A stretch of DNA of 64,000 nt, taken from a bacterium. GTDB lineage: Bacteria > Zhuqueibacterota > QNDG01 > JAGLOF01. The stretch is taken from the NCBI GenBank assembly GCA_016934955.1, contig JAFGRY010000005.1:27967-91966 (forward strand). The letters run 5' to 3'. This document shows, piece after piece, positions 25,502-33,515 of this stretch; the stretch's first letter is position 1; each line of letters begins with the position of its first letter. The notes under the pieces are model-generated. The model did not search any database, had not been told where the DNA came from, and was given only the letters and a program-made list of their open reading frames with translations. Made by a program: the position numbers and the translations under genes.

Positions 25502-28500
25502 TCAGGACGACTTGCGGGGGAGCGGCCACCAGACATCGATTCTCCGGATCTCCTCGGTTCTCCGGAAGATCGACCCGCTCAATGAGGCGGCGAGTTCCGG
25601 GCCCGGCATGGATTCACGCCGGCCGTCCGAGCGGGTAATGGTGATGCTGCGGGCGTCCGCCCGATGGTAGACAACAGGCACCTGGACAACGGTAAAGGCC
25701 AGAGAGCCCGGCTCCAGGAGCAGCGACTGTTCGCTGCCCTCGACATCGATATAGGTGAAGGTCTCCTCCCGCGGGAGATACTCTTCGTCGCGCAGCAGGG
25801 AGGAGGAAAAACCGATCCGGCCTTCCCGGACCGTCACCCCCAGTTCGCCGAACCGCGAGAGGATGTCCTCCTTTACCTGGCCGGTCATCCCGGGCTGCTG
25901 GGCGCCGAGATGGGCGGGTGTGTGCGAATAGGGATCGGTGGGAAATGCACCGTACGCATCCGGAGATTTGGTAACGCCGATCCCCGTTCTGATCTCGTAG
26001 TAGCGGTCGCGCAGATCCTGCTGCACCGGTGCGGGTGCTCCCTCGCGGACGGCCCGGTAAAAGCATTCCTTGACCGCCAGAAGCAGCTTCGAGACCATGT
26101 GCCAGTAGACGGATCCCAGTCCTTCATACTTGAAAAAAGTTCCGGAACGCCCGGTAAACGACTGGTGATCGAACATCTCCTCGTACATAGTCACCAGCAG
26201 GGCCTTCTCCCGCTCGAAATCGAGGGCGGGATCATCGATGGCCACACCGGTCAGGGCCTCCCTGAGCATGGCCGCATTACGGAAGGAACCGTTGAAATGA
26301 AAGCCGCCTTCGCCGTCCCGGACCACGATGCGTTCATCCCCGGCAGCAGCGAGCGCCGGGATGAGGCGCGACCGTCCAACCGCCCCGGCGGGGATGGTGT
26401 TCTTCTCGACGAACCGGGGCAGCGTTTTGTCGGGATAGAGCAGATAGGCCGCCTGATCCTCCCGGTAGAGGCTGCTCGCCCGCAGCGCATCGAGCACCGC
26501 GACGCTCTCTTCCGGGGTAAGATATCCGGAACTGAGCACCGCGACCTGTCCCTCCAGCATCTCGGAGAGACGGCGGATGGACACGGCGCCTTCGGTCAGG
26601 GTTATCAGATTATAGGCGTGATACAGGCCGTCTTCTCTCCTGCTGGCGGCAATGGTGTGATCGACATACTCCAGCGCCTCCCGGCAGAGGTCCTGCAGCG
26701 ATCCGGGGCCGATCCCCCGTTTCCCGCCGGGGAACCCGCGGCTGTAGACCGCTTCACGGTAGACGCTCCCCGCTGTTCCCAGCATATCCATACACGCTCT
26801 CCGGTCGCCGTTCGACATACTCCCGGTGAGCAGGGAGCGGTTCTCGCCGAGAATGCGGACGATCGAGTCCAGGAAATCGGCGGCCGCGACGGAAACGGCC
26901 ACCGGCTCATCGAGCAGGGAAAAGAGCTCCCGGCAGAAGGAAAGGTGCCGTCTCAGGTAAAAGAGCGTCACCATCGAAACGCCGTATCCCACCAGCGCAT
27001 TATTGGCGTCGTTCCACTCCGGCCGCTGGGTGTTCATCCAGATCCCCGCCCCCGGAATGAAGTTGGAAAGTTTCACCAGCAGCGGTACCAGCAGCTTTTC
27101 CGTGAGAGTGACCAGGTAGAGGTCCTGCTCACCGGTGAGCACGCATTTCCCGTCGGAACCCAGAGCGGCCGTGCGCTGTTCGATCGTCTCTTCGAGATCC
27201 GCGTCGAAGGTGACGGTGTGGTGAGGATCGGCGCAGATCGCTTCGTAGGACGCGATACGATAGGGCACATTGGCATAGGTGAACATATCCCGGGCGAGCA
27301 GCGTCCGCAGGGCCCCGGGGTGGTAGTGACGTGAGAGTTCGAGCAGCTTGAGCAGATAGATGATCTGATGGTCACCCCAGTATCCTATATAGGACCAGGC
27401 GTCGTCCGGGTCGATAATCTCCCATTCAAACCCGTCCCGGCCGATCCGGTAGGGGTTGTATCCGTCGGGGGTGGAACCGTTGACGAACTTGGTGATCATC
27501 GCTTCGATATAGCCGGGAAAGGAGAGGGCCAGGGCTTCCCAGTTCTGAAAGATGTCCCGCCAGTTGCCCTCGTAATTGAGATTCCTGCCGCCGAACGCAT
27601 CCTTGATATCGATGGAAAAGCGGTTCCAGGGCCGGCTGGGATCACCGTGACGGCGGCTGAATGTCAGCGGCAGGTACTCATACCCGAGTTTTTCCAGGGC
27701 GGGATCGTTCCTTTCCCGGAGCGCTGCCAGCAGGGCCTCGTAATCCATTGCCGCCGGCAGGGACTGCAGATAGCCGCGGTGAGTGCCGGCTGTTCTCGAT
27801 GAGGCCTTTTCAGCGAAACGAATGAAATCGGCGGTTTCAATGTGGTACCCGCCGTCAAAAATGCCGCCCCGCATGACGTTGAAGAGCACGTTGGCAAAAT
27901 GCCGCGAGGTGCTCAGCCTGTCTGCGGTTTTTTGCAGACCGTCGGCGGCGGCAACGGTTCGCACCAGGTTTTCCGTCCCCGCCCTGACATCGGCTTCGAT
28001 GTCACCGGCCCGGTCAGCGGCCGACCTGAGATACGCTGCAAGATCGACCACGCCCGCGGTATCGATGGCGACATCGGCGGCGATGTACCAGACCCGTTCA
28101 GCGGCCGCCGGAACTTCGACGCGCGCGTGGATGAAATAGGCGCCCCGCACGCCCCGCACATCGGTTTCCCCGCTGACGGGGAGACCCCGGCGGAACCGGT
28201 CCAGCTGCCCTGACGAGAGCAGCACCGCATCCGGCTGCAGTCCCGCGGACCAGACAACCGTCGCCCGCATCGCTTCACTCGGCTCCGCTTTGTCTACGGG
28301 AATCGAGCTCAGCGAATAGATACCGATGCCGGTGTCTTCCAGAAGTTCGTTTTTCTTGTAAGCGTCCGCCAGGGTGCTGTATTCCATCTGGAACCGCTGG
28401 TTGATGCCGCAGGCGAGAATGTTCTGAATACCGTCGAGCACCGTCACGTTCGCGGCGGTGGTGGAGTGATTGAGCAGACGGGAGCGTTTGATGAACCCGA

Positions 28501-28987
28501 AGCGCTCGCTGTTCATCCAGGCGTAGCTGAACGTGAGACCGAGATCATGGTTGATCTCTTCAAAGAGCAGTTTGTTCCCCCTGATGTTCTTGTAGCAGTT
28601 GCGGACCGTCTCGTACACATCCGGACATCGCTTCGAAAACGGTTCCCAGAGATACCGCTTACCCCCGGCATGCACGATCACCAGGGTCGCGCTGCCGGTG
28701 ATCCCGGTACTGTCGAGAATTCTGTCATCGGTGTCATAGGGAAACAGCGCGGTATCCGCGTTCCTCCGCCCCGCGGAGAGCGCGCCGCTGGACCAGATGA
28801 ACATCCAGTGATCCGAGTCGCTGACGATGCTCATGAAAAAGGGATCCATGCGGTCGTAATGTGCTATCTTGTAGTATGTCTCTCCCTCGAGTTCGACATA
28901 CTCACCCGAGACGGTCCGGTCCCCGGGGCGCAGAAGCGCATCGCCGAGGAAGAGCGGATCGGCTGCTTCAGTGCGGCGGTCATGCAT
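25502..28987 (-). CDS. Large cytoplasmic protein; candidate GH94-clan (GH149/GH161-like) beta-1,3-glucan/oligosaccharide phosphorylase
   Basis: 1161 aa with no signal peptide. Its start overlaps the transporter stop by 8 nt. Two motifs occur in the same order as the GH94 active-site motifs I recall: NWRDIFQNWE (aa 475-484, cf. GFRDSNQD) and RPEWNDANNAL (aa 655-665, cf. RADWNDCLNL). The function is not established. Confidence 0.35.
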   Translation of the reverse strand: MHDRRTEAADPLFLGDALLRPGDRTVSGEYVELEGETYYKIAHYDRMDPFFMSIVSDSDHWMFIWSSGALSAGRRNADTALFPYDTDDRILDSTGITGSATLVIVHAGGKRYLWEPFSKRCPDVYETVRNCYKNIRGNKLLFEEINHDLGLTFSYAWMNSERFGFIKRSRLLNHSTTAANVTVLDGIQNILACGINQRFQMEYSTLADAYKKNELLEDTGIGIYSLSSIPVDKAEPSEAMRATVVWSAGLQPDAVLLSSGQLDRFRRGLPVSGETDVRGVRGAYFIHARVEVPAAAERVWYIAADVAIDTAGVVDLAAYLRSAADRAGDIEADVRAGTENLVRTVAAADGLQKTADRLSTSRHFANVLFNVMRGGIFDGGYHIETADFIRFAEKASSRTAGTHRGYLQSLPAAMDYEALLAALRERNDPALEKLGYEYLPLTFSRRHGDPSRPWNRFSIDIKDAFGGRNLNYEGNWRDIFQNWEALALSFPGYIEAMITKFVNGSTPDGYNPYRIGRDGFEWEIIDPDDAWSYIGYWGDHQIIYLLKLLELSRHYHPGALRTLLARDMFTYANVPYRIASYEAICADPHHTVTFDADLEETIEQRTAALGSDGKCVLTGEQDLYLVTLTEKLLVPLLVKLSNFIPGAGIWMNTQRPEWNDANNALVGYGVSMVTLFYLRRHLSFCRELFSLLDEPVAVSVAAADFLDSIVRILGENRSLLTGSMSNGDRRACMDMLGTAGSVYREAVYSRGFPGGKRGIGPGSLQDLCREALEYVDHTIAASRREDGLYHAYNLITLTEGAVSIRRLSEMLEGQVAVLSSGYLTPEESVAVLDALRASSLYREDQAAYLLYPDKTLPRFVEKNTIPAGAVGRSRLIPALAAAGDERIVVRDGEGGFHFNGSFRNAAMLREALTGVAIDDPALDFEREKALLVTMYEEMFDHQSFTGRSGTFFKYEGLGSVYWHMVSKLLLAVKECFYRAVREGAPAPVQQDLRDRYYEIRTGIGVTKSPDAYGAFPTDPYSHTPAHLGAQQPGMTGQVKEDILSRFGELGVTVREGRIGFSSSLLRDEEYLPREETFTYIDVEGSEQSLLLEPGSLAFTVVQVPVVYHRADARSITITRSDGRRESMPGPELAASLSGSIFRRTEEIRRIDVWWPLPRKSS

Positions 28988-31172
28988 CGCTTTTTCTCTT
29001 TGCCAGGTCTTGCTCTATCTTTTTCATGGTGGTATCATCGAGTTCATAAAAGAACGCGGCGATCACGGCGATCAGCGTTCCGGCAGCGGGAATAAAACTC
29101 ATCATCAGCCTGATACCGTGCAGCGCCCCGGCGGTCTGCTCCACATTCGGCTGGAAATGGAAGATCGAAAGCAGCCATCCGGCCAGGCCGCCGCCCAGGG
29201 CCATGCCGAATTTCTGGGCAAACGTGGCGGCCGAAAAGACAAGGCCCGTGGCCCGCCGCCTGTTCTTCCACTCGGAATAGTCGGCCGTGTCGGCATACAT
29301 CGCCCAGAGCAGCGGCGCCTGGGGAGCCATGACAAAGGAAATCAGAATGTGAAGAGCGAAGACCAGGGTTATCTGTTCCCTGGGCACGTAGTAGAAAAGC
29401 GCCGTCAGAACGGTGGTGAGTCCCATTACAATAATATAAAATTTCTTCTTCCCGAGACGACGGGACAAAAACTCCGTACAGGCGACACCGGCGATAACCG
29501 CGACAGTCCCCAGCACCATGAAGAGCGAAGCAAGGAGCTCGCTGCCGACATAGTACTTGAAGTAATACATGATCGCTCCCATCCGGATGATCACATAGCC
29601 AAGCGTGAAGATGCCCATGACCAGCAGTATCATCCAGGGCCGGTTACGGGAGAGATCTTTCAGGTCGTTTCTCAGTGAGGTTTGCTGATCCCGGGGCGGC
29701 TGTACCCGTTCCTTTGTCGTCCGGAAGGTAATGTAGAAGAGGATGCTGGCAAGGACCCCGAAGGCGATGAGGGTGAACTGGAACCCTCTGGCGACATCCA
29801 CCTTTTTCACCGAATAGGTAATCGCATCGCCGTCCAGATCCTTGAAGGTGCCGGAGAGATCGAGCGAATAGTCCCCGAATCCCTCATTCAGCACCAGGTT
29901 TTCGGGAGGATTGAAGAGCGCCGGCGCATTGTTACCGGCGGCGGTCACACTGACGTTCATCCCGGCAGTCGCGAACCCGCCATGCCCGTCGGCCGCGGTT
30001 ATCTCTATCCTGGAAATGCCGGATTCTCTGAACCGCAGCACCAGGTCACTTCCGGATATACGGGCCGACACCGCCGCCCCGTTCCCGGAAACGGCCGTAT
30101 AGTTCAGCGCATCCCCGTCCGTGTCGGTGAAGAGAGTGGCCAGGTCGATGGTTTCCGGTTCCGGCACGCGGGCTCGTTCCATATCGGCCGGCGGAGAGAC
30201 GACAACGGGCCGATGGTTTCCGGCGGCATTGACGTACACCGAAAAGGATTGATTCTTTTGCCCGTAGGTGTTGTCACGGGCACTGACCGTAACCCGTGAG
30301 CATCCGGGCCCCTTTTCCTTCAGCTCCAGCCGGCTTCCCGACAGTGCGGTCTCGATGACATCGGCGTCCGCGTTGTCCACGCTGTACGTCAGTGATTCAC
30401 TGTCACTGTCCGTGAAAACCGTATCCAGGTCGAGAACGACGGATGAGAATCCCTGCTCGAGCTGCAGATCCTCAAGGGGAGTGGTGACAACGGGCGGGAG
30501 TTCTCCTGTCCTGTTTATGTTGACGAGAAATTCGTTCGCCGCGGTGTTCGTACCATCATCGGCTTCGATAATGAATTTGGCCGTGCGGGTATCGACCTCC
30601 TGAATCGTCAGGACGGTGCCGGAAAGAGTGAACCCCTGATGCACGTTCCCGGTTGTGTTCACCAGCACCAGTGTGGCCCCCTGCACGATAAAGGCGCCCA
30701 CGAAGGCGAGGACGAACCGGTAGGTGGAGGCGCTGGTTCTCTGCATGGAATCCGGAGAGAGAACACCCATGAGCGCGGAATAGGGAATATTGATGGCCGT
30801 ATACGCCATCATCATCAGGATGTACGTGATATAGGCATAGACGATCTTGCCGCCGATATCGAGGTCGGGCGTCGTGAACATGAACACGCCGATGACCGCC
30901 ATGGGGATCATCATCCAGATGAGATAGGGACGGAATTTGCCCCATCTGGTATTCGTTCTGTCCGCGATGATTCCCATCATGGGATCATTGACCGCGTCCC
31001 AGAAGCGGGAAATCATGAAAAGGGTGCCGGCCACTGCCGCCGGAATACCGAACACATCCGTGTAAAAGAAAAGGAGAAAATTGATAAACATTTGAAAATA
31101 CAGATTGGAGGCGGTATCTCCAAGACCGTAGCCGATCTTCTCCTTCACCGAGAGTTTGTCACTCATGTCCAT
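28980..31172 (-). CDS. GPH-family (MelB/XylP-like) glycoside:cation symporter with a large inserted periplasmic repeat domain
   Basis: 730 aa. GPH signatures include GYGLGDTASNLYFQ, RFWDAVNDPMMGIIADRTNTRWGKFRPY and a central RTTKER loop. There are 12 hydrophobic segments, plus a ~290-aa hydrophilic insert between segments 5 and 6. Confidence 0.85.
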   Translation of the reverse strand: MDMSDKLSVKEKIGYGLGDTASNLYFQMFINFLLFFYTDVFGIPAAVAGTLFMISRFWDAVNDPMMGIIADRTNTRWGKFRPYLIWMMIPMAVIGVFMFTTPDLDIGGKIVYAYITYILMMMAYTAINIPYSALMGVLSPDSMQRTSASTYRFVLAFVGAFIVQGATLVLVNTTGNVHQGFTLSGTVLTIQEVDTRTAKFIIEADDGTNTAANEFLVNINRTGELPPVVTTPLEDLQLEQGFSSVVLDLDTVFTDSDSESLTYSVDNADADVIETALSGSRLELKEKGPGCSRVTVSARDNTYGQKNQSFSVYVNAAGNHRPVVVSPPADMERARVPEPETIDLATLFTDTDGDALNYTAVSGNGAAVSARISGSDLVLRFRESGISRIEITAADGHGGFATAGMNVSVTAAGNNAPALFNPPENLVLNEGFGDYSLDLSGTFKDLDGDAITYSVKKVDVARGFQFTLIAFGVLASILFYITFRTTKERVQPPRDQQTSLRNDLKDLSRNRPWMILLVMGIFTLGYVIIRMGAIMYYFKYYVGSELLASLFMVLGTVAVIAGVACTEFLSRRLGKKKFYIIVMGLTTVLTALFYYVPREQITLVFALHILISFVMAPQAPLLWAMYADTADYSEWKNRRRATGLVFSAATFAQKFGMALGGGLAGWLLSIFHFQPNVEQTAGALHGIRLMMSFIPAAGTLIAVIAAFFYELDDTTMKKIEQDLAKRKSDA
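29787..30659 (-). repeat. Tandem cadherin-like/He_PIG-type Ig repeats (half + 2 full + half) encoded inside the GPH symporter gene
   Basis: Full repeats cover aa 225-320 and aa 321-415. The recurring signatures are TDSDSESLTYSV, TDTDGDALNYTA and KDLDGDAITYSV. The flanking half-repeats (aa 181-224 and 416-459) align to the second and first halves respectively. Confidence 0.8.
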
Positions 31173-31264
31173 GGTCTCCTTAGAGTTACTGAATATCTCA
31201 CATCACCAGTTGTCTGTGCACTGTCCTCTTGCAATCCGCCGGCACGGCGTTCCCGCCGGACGTC

Positions 31265-33442
31265 CTATTCAGCGATCGTTATCGTCACCCGTTCCGGCAC
31301 AGCGTCGGACGCATTTCCCGCGTAGAGCGAGTAGGCCCCGGGTTCCAGGTTCCACCCCGGAATCGATTCGTCATACCAGGCGAGATCATTGGTGTCGATG
31401 GTCAGCGTCACTGTCCGCTTCTCTCCCGGCTCCAGATACGTTTTCCGGAACGCTTTCAGCTCCTTGACCGCCCGCTCCACCGGAGAACCGGGCTTGCCCG
31501 CGTAGACCTGAACCACTTCCGCTCCCGCCCTGTCACCGCTGTTGCGAACGCTGCAGGTGACGATTATCGTTTCTCCCGCGGCATAGGATGGCTTGTCGGT
31601 GCGCAGGTCGGATATGGTAAACGACGTATAGGACAATCCGTGCCCGAACGCGAAGAGCGGCGTGATCTTCCTGGTATCATACCAGCGGTAGCCCACGAAG
31701 ATGCCCTCCTGGTAAACCTGCCGGCCGTCTTTCCCCGGATAGGACCGCTCGCCGTAAACATGCGCCGGACTGTCTTCGAGGCGGGCGGGAAAGGTAAACG
31801 GCAGTTTTCCGGAAGGATTGACATCACCGCTGATCACATCGGCGAGGGCGCGGCCGGCTTCACTGCCGAGGTACCAGGCCTGCATCACTCCCCGCACCCG
31901 GGAGAGCCAGGGCATGGACACGGCGTTGCCGCTGATCAATACGACGCCGATGTTTTCGCTGGCGCCGGTCAGCTCCTTCAGGAGGTCATCCTGGCCGAAG
32001 GGAAGGGCCAGGTCCCGCCGGTCCCCCGCCTCGCAGTCCTGACGGTAATTCTTGTTCAGGCCGCCGATAAAGAGCACTACGTCCGCGGCGGCGGCAGCCT
32101 GGACGGCGGCCCGGCGCAGCGAATCGGCGTCAAGCGGCGACGGCAGCTCGCGGCCGTAGGCCGGCGGCCCCGAGGCATAGCCCGGGGCGTGGATGATGGT
32201 CGCGTTTCGGAATCGCTTCCGCACTCCTTCCAGAGGTGATATCTCATGCTTCGCTTTCAGTTCCGACGACCCGCCTCCCGCGGTCATGGAACGGGTCGCG
32301 TTCTCTCCGATAACGGCGATGGTCATCTTTCTTTCGGGATCGAGGGGGAAAAAACCGTTCTCGTTCTTCAGCAGGACGATGCCCTCACGGGCAACGTTCC
32401 TGGCGACCGAGAGATGTTCCTCGTTATTCATGCGCCCCAGCGGGCGACCGGGATTCATGGTAGTGCGCAGCATCAGCCGCAGAATACGGCGAACTTTCTC
32501 ATCCACCACCGATTCGGCGATGTCACCGCTCCTGATCATCTCCCGGAACGGTTTCGCCAGGTAGTAGTAATCGTAGGCATTTTTTGTCGATGCGGTCAGC
32601 CCGTCGGTACCGGTGCCCATTTCGATATCGAGGCCGTTAAGGGCCGCTTCTCTGGTGTCGTGCACGGCGCTCCAGTCGCTGATCACCACTCCGTCGAAAC
32701 GCCATTCCCGTTTAAGAATCCTGGTGAGCAGCAGATCGTTCTGGCTGCAGTACTGTCCGCGGAAGCGGTTGTAGGCGCTCATCATCGACCAGAGCCCCCC
32801 CTTCTGCACCGCGGCTTTATAGGCGGGCAGATAGATCTCGTGCAGGGCTCTGTCACTGAGATCAACGTCGATGAAAAAGCGCCACTGCTCCTGGTTATTG
32901 AGCGCGAAATGTTTCAGACAGGCGGCGACGCCGTTCCGCTGCACCCCCTCTATGTAGGGCACCACCATCATCGAGGCCAGGTGGGGATCCTCACCCATAT
33001 ACTCGAAATTACGGCCTGAAAGGGGCGTGCGGTAGATATTGATCCCGGGACCGAGCAGCACGTCTTTCTTCCGGTAACGGGCCTCTTCGCCCAGGGCGAA
33101 TCCGTATTCCCCGGAGAGCCCCGGATTGAACGTTGCGGCCAGGCAGGTCAGTGCGGGGAACGCCGTTATGGAATCACTGGTCCAGCCGGCGTAATTCCAG
33201 CTGTCCCAGCTGATCTCGGCCCTGACACCGTGGGGGCCGTCGGCCATCCACAGTTCCGGAATCCCGAGGCGGGGCACTCCCGGTGAACTGAATTTCGACT
33301 GGGCGTGACACATGGCCACCTTTTCCTCCAGGGTCATGAGCGCGAGGAGGCTGTCTATGGTCTGTTCCATGCGCGTTTCCTGTACCTGTGCCTGTGTGCC
33401 GACGGTACAGAACAGCAGTATGGCAATGATCCTGTTCTTCAT
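31265..33442 (-). CDS. GH3 beta-glucosidase, secreted/periplasmic
   Basis: The likely start is MKNRIIAILLFCTVGTQAQ at 33442. GH3 strings include LTLEEKVAMCHAQS, GPHGVR, KHFALNNQE and GVVISDWSAV. A C-terminal FnIII-like domain is present. Confidence 0.9.
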   Translation of the reverse strand: MKNRIIAILLFCTVGTQAQVQETRMEQTIDSLLALMTLEEKVAMCHAQSKFSSPGVPRLGIPELWMADGPHGVRAEISWDSWNYAGWTSDSITAFPALTCLAATFNPGLSGEYGFALGEEARYRKKDVLLGPGINIYRTPLSGRNFEYMGEDPHLASMMVVPYIEGVQRNGVAACLKHFALNNQEQWRFFIDVDLSDRALHEIYLPAYKAAVQKGGLWSMMSAYNRFRGQYCSQNDLLLTRILKREWRFDGVVISDWSAVHDTREAALNGLDIEMGTGTDGLTASTKNAYDYYYLAKPFREMIRSGDIAESVVDEKVRRILRLMLRTTMNPGRPLGRMNNEEHLSVARNVAREGIVLLKNENGFFPLDPERKMTIAVIGENATRSMTAGGGSSELKAKHEISPLEGVRKRFRNATIIHAPGYASGPPAYGRELPSPLDADSLRRAAVQAAAAADVVLFIGGLNKNYRQDCEAGDRRDLALPFGQDDLLKELTGASENIGVVLISGNAVSMPWLSRVRGVMQAWYLGSEAGRALADVISGDVNPSGKLPFTFPARLEDSPAHVYGERSYPGKDGRQVYQEGIFVGYRWYDTRKITPLFAFGHGLSYTSFTISDLRTDKPSYAAGETIIVTCSVRNSGDRAGAEVVQVYAGKPGSPVERAVKELKAFRKTYLEPGEKRTVTLTIDTNDLAWYDESIPGWNLEPGAYSLYAGNASDAVPERVTITIAE

Positions 33443-33515
33443 TTTCGCTGTTTCTCCACTCACGGACGCGAACCCCGCGGTCCGCCCGTATAATATAATT
33501 ATTCAGCTCCGCCGG

